A stretch of DNA of 64,000 nt from Bacteroidaceae bacterium (GTDB lineage Bacteria; Bacteroidota; Bacteroidia; Bacteroidales; Bacteroidaceae): assembly GCA_017471185.1 (NCBI GenBank), contig JAFUVZ010000050.1, positions 27,974-91,973 of the forward strand. The letters are read 5' to 3'. The position numbers and the translations under genes were made by a program. The number at the start of each line of letters is the position of its first letter. Position 1 is the stretch's first letter. Below the pieces are notes generated by a model, which worked only from the letters and a program-made list of their open reading frames with translations, was not told where the DNA came from and made no database searches. Below are positions 10,416-18,946 of this stretch, piece after piece.

Positions 10416-11381
10416 TTACACTCTCACTCTCTTACGTTTAAAGTAACCCCAGGTGACAGAGACGAACAGCAGCATTGATGCCAGGATGATGACTATTCCC
10501 CAGGGACCATTGTCTGGAATCCATTCACAACCAGCCAGGCCTGAGAGCAGTCCGCTCTGCATGGCGAGCTGCAGTGTAGTGTTCGCAGTGCCACGCTGAC
10601 AATGGTGCGAGAGTTTCACAAACATCCTGGTCAACGGCACAGACAAGATGGTCAACATCACCATCGCTCCTATCCTTATATATAAATAAGGTGGAAGAAC
10701 GCTCATCAGCAAGCCCGTGCCAAAAGCAAGCAACAGCACATTGACAGCCGGCATCCAGGCGCGAGGCAGAAAGAAACGGTCAATGTTGAAAATTCCCACC
10801 CCTACGGGTGCCCTGAACGCCACATATACGCCAGCATCAGCCAATAAGCTGACTGCCATCAAGATACAGGCAATCATCAGCAGATTGTCAAAACCCGTCA
10901 CCAAATAGAGAGGCGACAAGACACAGATACCCGCAAGCATGCCCAATGCGCCTGAAAAGGCATACATCCTGTTGCCAGCACTCCTGCGTTGTGAAAGGGT
11001 GATGTCAATGGCAATGGTGATGCCTGCCGTGGTGGCTATTCCGAATGAGGCACCTGCCAGAGCCATCAGTGTCAGGATCTGCCAAGGAGCATTGGCGAAA
11101 TATATTATGCCCATGCAGATGGCTGCCGTACAGGTAGATAGCATCAGCACAGACTTCCTTTTAAAGGTATCGCCCAGATAAGCGTGCAAGGGCCCCACCC
11201 CAATCATGGCAGTTGTGAATAACAGGAGTGAAGCCGTCACATCCTCGCGGCTCAATCCCATCAGATAGCTTTCAGCCGGTAATATGGGCAGCAATGTCCA
11301 TACGACAGCATAGAGAGCAAAGTTTGAGATGCAGATGCGCCAGAAATCCAGCGTCATCAGCTTATGAGTGCTTTCTTTCAT
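10416..11381 (-). CDS. MFS-type transporter
   Basis: Multiple TM helices, LGDTFKRK motif A-like loop. Confidence 0.75.
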   Translation of the reverse strand: MKESTHKLMTLDFWRICISNFALYAVVWTLLPILPAESYLMGLSREDVTASLLLFTTAMIGVGPLHAYLGDTFKRKSVLMLSTCTAAICMGIIYFANAPWQILTLMALAGASFGIATTAGITIAIDITLSQRRSAGNRMYAFSGALGMLAGICVLSPLYLVTGFDNLLMIACILMAVSLLADAGVYVAFRAPVGVGIFNIDRFFLPRAWMPAVNVLLLAFGTGLLMSVLPPYLYIRIGAMVMLTILSVPLTRMFVKLSHHCQRGTANTTLQLAMQSGLLSGLAGCEWIPDNGPWGIVIILASMLLFVSVTWGYFKRKRVRV

Positions 11382-12021
11382 TCAGTCCAATCAGTTTGTC
11401 AAATGAGAAATCCAGATAGTCGTGCAGGATATAATGGCAATAGGGAGCGATGTCCTCCGCCTTGTTCGTGGTAGCCAGTCCCACCACCGTAGCTCCTGAA
11501 GCCAAGCCCGATTTCAGTCCGTTGAATGAATCCTCGAAGACGAAAGTGTGATGTGCATCCGTACCGAATATCTTCATACCCAGCAGATAGCAATCAGGAT
11601 CAGGTTTCGACTTGCTGAACATCTCAGCGGTCAGGATTCGGTCAAACAGTTCGGGAATCTCAGGATGAGCAGCATAAACTGCCTTCATCTTCCCCTCGTC
11701 AGAGCTGGTCACCACAGCTGTTTTCACGCCATGCTCCCTCAGGTCTGCCATGAAATCCTCAAAGCCGTCTATGTACTCATACTTCATGTGCTGTTCAAAA
11801 CACTTCAGCTTGCGGTCAATCTCCGCCTGTCTGTCCTCCAGATGCTTGAAGTAAATATCGAATATCGTGGTGAGCGTCTGCCCCTTAATGATTTGCTCCA
11901 GATTGTCATGATGCAGGTAGTCCATCCCGATCTGGTGCCAGAACACACTATATTGCGATTCCGTATCCATAACCACGCCGTCGAAGTCAAACAACACTGC
12001 AAATCTCTCATTTGAATCCAT
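11362..12021 (-). CDS. HAD-superfamily phosphatase (beta-PGM-like)
   Basis: FDFDGV, VTSS, SKPDP, FEDS motifs. Confidence 0.92.
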   Translation of the reverse strand: MDSNERFAVLFDFDGVVMDTESQYSVFWHQIGMDYLHHDNLEQIIKGQTLTTIFDIYFKHLEDRQAEIDRKLKCFEQHMKYEYIDGFEDFMADLREHGVKTAVVTSSDEGKMKAVYAAHPEIPELFDRILTAEMFSKSKPDPDCYLLGMKIFGTDAHHTFVFEDSFNGLKSGLASGATVVGLATTNKAEDIAPYCHYILHDYLDFSFDKLIGLNERKHS

Positions 12022-12104
12022 AAAACAATACCTATTGATAAATCGGGGGCAAAATTACAAATTATTTCATTATCTTTGCAACAAAAACATAAAAACCGTA
12101 CAAC

Positions 12105-12554
12105 ATGGAAGAGAACATCATACAGGCCGTAGCCACCTTGAAGCGAAATTTCGCATACCTTTGGTTTGCCGCATTGCTCATCGTCATACTCGGAGAGACA
12201 GGAGGTTTCAATCTGACGGGAGCTTATGCCGACAATGTCCGTGCCGTTTATTTTACAGAAACCATCGTTATCCTCCTCACCGCCTGCTGTGTTCCTGCAG
12301 CCCTGAAGTTGTTCGCATGGGTAAAACGGAAAAAGATTGATGCTGATTCCAGTACGCAGAAGGCACTTGGGCAGTATGTCATGTGGAGCAGCGTCAGAAT
12401 CCTGCTGCTGGCAGTTCCTGTACTGTGTGGCATCATCGGTTACTATCTGATGCAGAGCACATCCTGCATCCTCTGTACCTGCATCGCCCTCACCGCTTCC
12501 CTTTTCTGCATCCCTTCTGAGAAGCAGTTGAAGAAAGACATGATGATAGACTGA
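12105..12554 (+). CDS. Hypothetical membrane protein
   Basis: Four hydrophobic segments; TATCTTTG promoter box at 12071. Confidence 0.7.
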   Translation: MEENIIQAVATLKRNFAYLWFAALLIVILGETGGFNLTGAYADNVRAVYFTETIVILLTACCVPAALKLFAWVKRKKIDADSSTQKALGQYVMWSSVRILLLAVPVLCGIIGYYLMQSTSCILCTCIALTASLFCIPSEKQLKKDMMID

Positions 12555-12634
12555 CATTTCCCTTATGTCACTCGGTCATGTGGCTATACTGAAGAAACAG
12601 CTGATTATTTAATAACTTACAAATAAATAGAAAG

Positions 12635-13099
12635 ATGAAAAAATTAATGAACTGGATGTTTGCCGCCTCTCTCTTCTGTAGCGCAATGGCGATCATGACT
12701 GCCTGCAAAGGGGCGAAGAACAATGATGCAATTACATCGGTGCAGTCAACCGAACTGATTCGTACCGATGAGAGTTGGGATGGTGTGGATTTGCCCGACT
12801 ATTTAGAAGGTCGTCCCGAACTGGTGGCAGTGAAATATGTCTTCCCCGCAGGTCAGAAATTGGGCTGGCACCACCATCCCGTGATGAACTACGGTATTTT
12901 GGTGCAGGGCGAACTGACCATCATCGGACAAGACGGACAGGAAAAGGTGGTTCATGAAGGCGAGCCTGTAGTAGAGATGGTAAATACCATCCACCACGGA
13001 GAAAACCGAGGCTCTAAGCCCGTCATTCTCTATATGTTCTATCTATCGCAGGAAGGTCTGCCACTGGCTGTGCAGCACCCCGAAATCCCTTTAAACTAA
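12635..13099 (+). CDS. Cupin-domain lipoprotein
   Basis: MTAC lipobox; GWHHHP...GEL and H-H-G-E-N cupin motifs. Confidence 0.82.
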   Translation: MKKLMNWMFAASLFCSAMAIMTACKGAKNNDAITSVQSTELIRTDESWDGVDLPDYLEGRPELVAVKYVFPAGQKLGWHHHPVMNYGILVQGELTIIGQDGQEKVVHEGEPVVEMVNTIHHGENRGSKPVILYMFYLSQEGLPLAVQHPEIPLN

Positions 13100-13106
13100 C
13101 CCCCAT

Positions 13107-13898
13107 ATGATTACAACTGGAAAATACAAGCATACTTACACATCAACGGCATCTGACATCACACCACTTTACAAGCTCATGCCCAATGCCCTCTTGATGT
13201 ACTTTCAGGATTGTTTCGCCCGCCTGATGACAATTCACAATTTCGCTGCTTTCGACATTGTCAAACAGCATCGGATGTGGGTGATTACAGAGATTCAGAT
13301 AGACATCCAGCCCACGGTAACCTTCTGGTCGGAGGAGTTCACCGTTGAGTTGTGGGTGAGCGAACTGACCTCACTTCGTATCTACTGTGACTTCCGCATC
13401 TTCCGAAAGGACAATGAGCAGCTGATTGCCTCAGGCAGCAGTCAGTGGAACATCCTCAACCTTGACACTAAGCGACTGGAGTCCACCGACTTTCTCGCCT
13501 CGGAACTGACTGTAGTGCCTGAACTGATGTCTGCCAGTCATAAAAAAGTTCGGTTCCCCAAACCGCAATCACCAGTCATGCAGTTAGAGCATCGTGCCAC
13601 CCTCCTCGACCTCGATTTCAATTTCCATGTCAGCAACCGCAGCTATGTCAGCATTGCCCTGCTGACGATGCCTGATGAGATCCTGGCATCGCAGTCGTTG
13701 TCTTCGCTCACAGTCCACTGGCTGCATGAAACCTATCTTGACGACACCATCCTGTGCAGTATGTCTCGCACGGAAGACGGCAGCTACCTGCATATCCTGA
13801 CCAATTCTGCTGGAGTCGTAGTGTGCGAACTGCTGAGCAAATGGCAGCCCCAGCCCGTCACGGCTGATGTCAGTGAAGTGTTGAACAGAGAATTGTAG
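13107..13898 (+). CDS. Acyl-ACP thioesterase (double hotdog)
   Basis: YFQD...WVITE, DLDFNFHVSN..Y motif. Confidence 0.85.
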   Translation: MITTGKYKHTYTSTASDITPLYKLMPNALLMYFQDCFARLMTIHNFAAFDIVKQHRMWVITEIQIDIQPTVTFWSEEFTVELWVSELTSLRIYCDFRIFRKDNEQLIASGSSQWNILNLDTKRLESTDFLASELTVVPELMSASHKKVRFPKPQSPVMQLEHRATLLDLDFNFHVSNRSYVSIALLTMPDEILASQSLSSLTVHWLHETYLDDTILCSMSRTEDGSYLHILTNSAGVVVCELLSKWQPQPVTADVSEVLNREL

Positions 13899-14000
13899 AG
13901 ACAAGGCACTAAAACCCCAACATTATCTAAATAAATTTGGTAATGTGTCAGAGATGATGTAATTTTGCAGCCGAATTAATCAATTAAGGTAAGATAATTT

Positions 14001-14888
14001 ATGAAAGCATTTGTATTTCCGGGACAAGGTGCCCAGTGCGTAGGTATGGGTAAAGACCTCTATGAAAACAATCCGTTGGCAAAAGAACTGTTTGACAAAG
14101 CTAATGATATTCTGGGATACCGCATCACTGACATCATGTTTGAAGGTACCGACGAGGATTTGAAGCAGACGAAAGTGACTCAGCCTGCCGTGTTCCTCCA
14201 CTCTGTGATATCTGCTCTCTGTATGGGTGACGATTTCAAACCAGAGATGACAGCCGGTCATTCATTAGGTGAGTTCTCTGCATTGGTGGCTGCCGGTGCG
14301 CTCAACTTTGAAGATGGCTTGAAGTTGGTGTATGCCCGTGCGATGGCTATGCAGAAAGCATGTGAAGCTCAGCCTTCCACGATGGCTGCTATCATCAACC
14401 TGCCAGATGAGAAGGTGGAGGAAATCTGCCAGCAGGTGACTGACGAAGGTGAAGTAGTCGTGGCAGCTAACTATAACTGTCCAGGTCAGGTTGTGATCTC
14501 CGGTTCTATCGAAGGTATCAACAAGGCTTGCGAACTGATGAAGGCTGCCGGTGCCAAGCGTGCTCTGCCACTGAAGGTGGGTGGTGCTTTCCACTCTCCG
14601 CTGATGCAGCCTGCCAAGGAGGAACTGGAAGCTGCTATCAACGCTACCGTGTTCAACACTCCTAAATGTCCTGTGTATCAGAATGTAGATGCTAAACCCC
14701 ACACTGACCCAGAGGAGATTAAGGCTAATCTGGTGGCTCAGTTGACAGCTCCTGTACGCTGGACTCAGATTGTGGTGAATATGCTGGCTGACGGTGCTGA
14801 CGACTTCACGGAGTGTGGCCCTGGATCAGTGCTGCAGGGCTTGATCCATCGAGTGAACAAGGATGTTTCCGCTCACGGAGTAGCTTAA
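14001..14888 (+). CDS. fabD: Malonyl-CoA:ACP transacylase
   Basis: FPGQGAQ, GHSLGE, GAFHS, ECGPG; TAATTTTG box at 13960. Confidence 0.97.
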   Translation: MKAFVFPGQGAQCVGMGKDLYENNPLAKELFDKANDILGYRITDIMFEGTDEDLKQTKVTQPAVFLHSVISALCMGDDFKPEMTAGHSLGEFSALVAAGALNFEDGLKLVYARAMAMQKACEAQPSTMAAIINLPDEKVEEICQQVTDEGEVVVAANYNCPGQVVISGSIEGINKACELMKAAGAKRALPLKVGGAFHSPLMQPAKEELEAAINATVFNTPKCPVYQNVDAKPHTDPEEIKANLVAQLTAPVRWTQIVVNMLADGADDFTECGPGSVLQGLIHRVNKDVSAHGVA

Positions 14889-15367
14889 AACAGCATCTGC
14901 TCTTCTTCAAGCTCACAGGGAGTGAATCCCATTTGCTCCGCTTTGTCTTGAGCAAAAGTGAAATAGGTGGCGTTTGCTTCAGTGCAGACCTCACCTTTTT
15001 CATTAAATATCTTCGCCTCGATATTCGCCAGGTTATGACGGTGCCAGACCAGATGGGCACGCAAGGTGATGGTTGACTCGGTGGTCATGATGGGCTTGTG
15101 GAATCTCACCTCTAATTTACTGGTTACACCACTAGTCTGTAGCTTGCGGAACACCACCCAACCGCAGATTTCATCAAGCAGGGTACTCTGTATTCCTCCG
15201 TGCAAGGTGTCAATCCAACCTTGATAATGAGCGGAAGGCTTCCAAAAGCTAACAATATCATCATCTTCTTCAAAGAAAATCATTTTCACTCCGATAGGAT
15301 TATCGGGGCAACAGCCAAAACAATCATAGTGGTCTTTATTTACCCAAGGGTTCTTAATCTTACGCAT
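14885..15367 (-). CDS. PaaI family thioesterase
   Basis: CFGC..DNPIG, HGGIQSTLLDE hotdog motif; stop shares TTAA with the fabD stop. Confidence 0.9.
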   Translation of the reverse strand: MRKIKNPWVNKDHYDCFGCCPDNPIGVKMIFFEEDDDIVSFWKPSAHYQGWIDTLHGGIQSTLLDEICGWVVFRKLQTSGVTSKLEVRFHKPIMTTESTITLRAHLVWHRHNLANIEAKIFNEKGEVCTEANATYFTFAQDKAEQMGFTPCELEEEQMLF

Positions 15368-15451
15368 AACGAGTCAATTTTATATAGTTTTAGCAAATAT
15401 AATGATATTTATTCTTAACTTCGCAAAGTCAAACTAAAAAAATACAGCAAG

Positions 15452-16348
15452 ATGGATAAAAAAATGAGTGGGCATGCCGCAGTGATACTGGCAAACGTGA
15501 TTTTCGGACTGGGTGTTCCCGTTACCAAATACTTGCTTGAGGACTGGACTACCCCGATGGTGTATATGGCCTTGAGATGTATTGGAGCAGCCTTGATTTT
15601 CTGGCTGATAGCAGCTTTCCTTCCGAAGGAAAAGGTGGAACGGAAAGACCTGATAGTAATAATGCTGGGAGGTCTGACAGGATTCGTCATCTCGCAGACA
15701 CTTACCGCCTGGGCACTCAACTATACCAGTCCGGTTTACTACTCCCTCATCGCTACCCTTACCCCTATCGGCACCCTGCTTTTGGCATCGGTATTCCTGA
15801 GCGAGAAGATTACCGGCATCAAGCTTTTCGGTGTCCTTTTAGGTATTGCCGGAGCCGTACTGATGGTGGTGGTGAAATGGCAGGCTGAAGCCGGAAGCAA
15901 CGACCTGCTGGGTATCTCACTGGCACTATTGAGCTTGCTGACATGGGTTATCTATCTGATCATCACGAGTAAGGTGTCTGCCAAATACAGTGCTGTGACG
16001 CAGATGAAATGGACCTTCCTTGTTTCTACCATCGCTGTTCTGCCCTTTGCCTGGAATGAATTCGATCAGACGAAACTGTTCAGCGGAGGCTACGGATTCT
16101 CTGAAGGAATGATGGGAATCGGAGGCATGGCATTCATCGTGATTTTCGCCACCGTATTAGGGTATTTCATGATACCCTATGCCATGAAATACCTGAAGGC
16201 CACTACCGTGAGCGTCTATACCAACCTGCAACCCATTGTGGCTTCGTTCATTGCCATCATCATCGGACAGGATATTATGACTTGGGACAAGCCAGTGGCA
16301 GCTGCTTTAGTGCTGCTCAGTGCCTATATAGTAACTCAAAAGAATTGA
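15452..16348 (+). CDS. DMT/EamA family transporter
   Basis: About 10 TM helices in two EamA repeats (FLSEKIT, NLQPIVA). Confidence 0.9.
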   Translation: MDKKMSGHAAVILANVIFGLGVPVTKYLLEDWTTPMVYMALRCIGAALIFWLIAAFLPKEKVERKDLIVIMLGGLTGFVISQTLTAWALNYTSPVYYSLIATLTPIGTLLLASVFLSEKITGIKLFGVLLGIAGAVLMVVVKWQAEAGSNDLLGISLALLSLLTWVIYLIITSKVSAKYSAVTQMKWTFLVSTIAVLPFAWNEFDQTKLFSGGYGFSEGMMGIGGMAFIVIFATVLGYFMIPYAMKYLKATTVSVYTNLQPIVASFIAIIIGQDIMTWDKPVAAALVLLSAYIVTQKN

Positions 16349-16454
16349 TTTTACATCTTTTAACAGATTATCGTGCAAGATTTCAGCTTTTCTCCGTTTA
16401 ATAGGCAGAAAGAACTAAAAAAGTTTCGCAAGTAAATGAACACGCTATTGAATA

Positions 16455-16529
16455 GCGCCCCGAAGGGGCAGAATGCTAATAGCCCAGGGCATCGCCCTGG
16501 GCTGGTAGCTTACTGGCCTTTCAGGCCGT
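16455..16529. repeat. REP-like triple-hairpin element
   Basis: GCCCC-GAA-GGGGC, AGCCCAGGGC-ATC-GCCCTGGGCT, GGCCT-TTC-AGGCC in an AT-rich intergenic region. Confidence 0.65.
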
Positions 16530-16571
16530 ATAAACTAGTTTGCGAAACTTGAAAAACAAAGTGAATGAGCT

Positions 16572-17066
16572 ATGAAGATTTTGAAGCGAAAAGTAATCAA
16601 GGGTACTAACTGGGCATTGGCAGGGCTGATGACCTTGTTGGGCTTTGGCTGTGATCCCGTTGATGACATCAGGGTGGAATATGGATCGCCCCATGCCGCG
16701 TATAAGCTGATGGGAATCGTCAGGGACGAACAGGGAAATGTGTTGAAAGGCATCCGTGTCATCGTGCCGGAACTCAACAACTGCACGAAAGTTTTCGACT
16801 ACAACAAGGTGCGTATTGAGAGAAACGATACACTGCTGACTGATGACGAGGGTTCGTACAACTATCAGGTTAATTATTGGGAACCCAATGATTCCCTGCA
16901 GATTAAACTGAAAGTGGAAGACCCTGCCGGAAAGTATGAGACGCAGAATGACAGCGTGAAGTATTCTTTCTCAGAGTTAGAGGAAGGCACTGCTGACCGC
17001 TGGCTGCTGGGTGTGGCATCCAAGGAAAAGGATTTCGTGTTGAAGGAGAAGAGCGACCATGAGTAA
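16572..17066 (+). CDS. Radical-SAM-associated putative lipoprotein (TIGR04134-like)
   Basis: LLGFGC lipobox followed by EYGSPHA motif; overlaps the rSAM start. Confidence 0.8.
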   Translation: MKILKRKVIKGTNWALAGLMTLLGFGCDPVDDIRVEYGSPHAAYKLMGIVRDEQGNVLKGIRVIVPELNNCTKVFDYNKVRIERNDTLLTDDEGSYNYQVNYWEPNDSLQIKLKVEDPAGKYETQNDSVKYSFSELEEGTADRWLLGVASKEKDFVLKEKSDHE

Positions 17067-18144
17067 CGGAATTGGCTTTCGCAAAACGCTGGCGTTAGAG
17101 GCTTTCCGACAGATACGCAAGAGCCGGGTAGAGCTGCACGAACTGAAGCAGTTGTTCTGGGAGTGCACCCTGCGGTGTAATGCAGCCTGCCGCCATTGCG
17201 GAAGCGACTGCAAGGTGTCTGCCACTCAGCAGGATATGCCGCTGAAAGAATTCCTGAAGGTGGTTGACGAAATCCGTCCGCATGTGGATTACCATCATCT
17301 GCTGATTATCCTGACGGGCGGCGAGGCTTTGATGCGTAAGGACATCGAGCAATGTGGACTGGAGCTATACGACAGGGAGTTTCCTTGGGGAATGGTGACC
17401 AACGGCGTGATGCTGCCCCATCGGCTGGAAGGCTTGCTGAATGCCGGCATGAGGTCGTGTACCGTCAGTCTGGATGGCTTTGAGCCAGAGCATACCTGGA
17501 TGCGGCAGATTCCCGAAGGTTTCATCCGTGCCGAACTGGCCATCAGGCTGTTGGCTCAGACGAGGAATGTGCACTGGGATGTGGTGACTTGCGCCAACCA
17601 GAAGAACTACAATTCCCTACCCCGTTTCAAGGACTATCTCTTAAGCATCGGTGTAAGAAGCTGGCGCATCTTCACCGTCTTTCCTGTGGGCAGAGCCGCT
17701 CAGGTGCCAGAGCTGCAACTGACTGACGAGCAGTTCCGTGGTCTGATGGATTTCATCGCCCAATGCCGGAAGGAAGGATTCCATGTAAACTATGGTTGTG
17801 AAGGATTCTTAGGCCGCTATGAAAGAGAGGTCAGAGACCAGTTCTATGAATGTCATGCCGGAGTGAATGTGGCTTCTGTGCTGGCAGACGGAAGCATCTC
17901 TGGTTGTCCGAGCATCCGTGCCAACTATTATCAGGGAAATATCTACAAAGACAGCTTCTGGGAGGTGTGGAACAACCGCTTCGAGGCTTACCGCCATCGC
18001 AAGTGGATGAAGCAAGACATTTGTGCCGATTGCAAGATGTACCGCTATTGCGAAGGAAACGGCATGCACCTGAGAGATGACCAAGGCAAACTCTTGGTCT
18101 GCCACTATAAGAGTTACAAGCTACGAGCTACGAGTGATAAGTGA
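17059..18144 (+). CDS. Radical SAM/SPASM protein (TIGR04133-like)
   Basis: WECTLRCNAACRHCGSDC (CxxxCxxC), TGGE, SPASM cysteines CHAG..GCP..CADC..YC. Confidence 0.9.
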   Translation: MSNGIGFRKTLALEAFRQIRKSRVELHELKQLFWECTLRCNAACRHCGSDCKVSATQQDMPLKEFLKVVDEIRPHVDYHHLLIILTGGEALMRKDIEQCGLELYDREFPWGMVTNGVMLPHRLEGLLNAGMRSCTVSLDGFEPEHTWMRQIPEGFIRAELAIRLLAQTRNVHWDVVTCANQKNYNSLPRFKDYLLSIGVRSWRIFTVFPVGRAAQVPELQLTDEQFRGLMDFIAQCRKEGFHVNYGCEGFLGRYEREVRDQFYECHAGVNVASVLADGSISGCPSIRANYYQGNIYKDSFWEVWNNRFEAYRHRKWMKQDICADCKMYRYCEGNGMHLRDDQGKLLVCHYKSYKLRATSDK

Positions 18145-18170
18145 CCCGTAGCCCGTTGTAGTTCGTAACT
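18112..18170. repeat. Inverted heptamer repeats at a convergent junction
   Basis: AGTTACA-AGCTACG-AGCTACG-AGTGATA... then CGTAGC...GTAGTTCGTAACT (reverse complement type). Confidence 0.55.
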
Positions 18171-18921
18171 ATTGCATATCCCTTAGACAGACCTCGATAC
18201 CAGAGAGGTCGGCTTCTAAACGCTGCTTGATAGGAGCCACGTCAGTCTTGCTGAAGTGATAAGGTATCAGCACCTTGGGCTGAACCATCCAGGCTGCACG
18301 GATTGCCTGGTCAACCGTCATGGTATAAGGCTGGTTCACTGGCAAGAAAGCCACATCGATATGTTCATCTTTCAGATTTGACATTTCAGGCACATCTTCT
18401 GTATCACCGGCAATGTAAATCTTCAATCCGTCAATATTCAGCACATAACCGTTGCCGATGCCTTTAGGATGGAACTGCAGGTGGTCAGGCGTTGTATTGT
18501 AAGCAGGGACAGCTTTCAGAGAAATGTCCTTGGTAATCTGGCGGAAGTCACCATTGCGCAAAACCATACCCTTGTTCATCTGGTCGAAGCAACGCTGGTT
18601 CATGAACAAAAGGGAATTAGGTTTCATCAACGACTCAATGGTCTCGATATTGAAATGATCACCATGCTCGTGAGTCACCAGAATCAAATCACCTTTCGGG
18701 AACTTTGAATAGTCGGTTGGCTGGGCCCCGTAGTTAGCCACAGCATCCACATGAATCTCGTAGCCTTGATACTCTATGGCCAGCGTGGCATGTTTGATGA
18801 GCGTGATGTTCACATCCTTCCCACTTGCCGTCTTAAAGGTCTCCACCTTGTAGTCTTGTGCCTGCATGACCGTAGCAGTTGCCAAAGCCAATGCCAAAGT
18901 AAAAAAAGTCTTCATCGTCAA
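18169..18921 (-). CDS. Exported MBL-fold metallo-hydrolase
   Basis: Signal peptide; THEHGDH, AGDT, PYH motifs. Confidence 0.9.
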   Translation of the reverse strand: MTMKTFFTLALALATATVMQAQDYKVETFKTASGKDVNITLIKHATLAIEYQGYEIHVDAVANYGAQPTDYSKFPKGDLILVTHEHGDHFNIETIESLMKPNSLLFMNQRCFDQMNKGMVLRNGDFRQITKDISLKAVPAYNTTPDHLQFHPKGIGNGYVLNIDGLKIYIAGDTEDVPEMSNLKDEHIDVAFLPVNQPYTMTVDQAIRAAWMVQPKVLIPYHFSKTDVAPIKQRLEADLSGIEVCLRDMQ

Positions 18922-18946
18922 TAAATTATTTTAAGTAAACGGTTAA

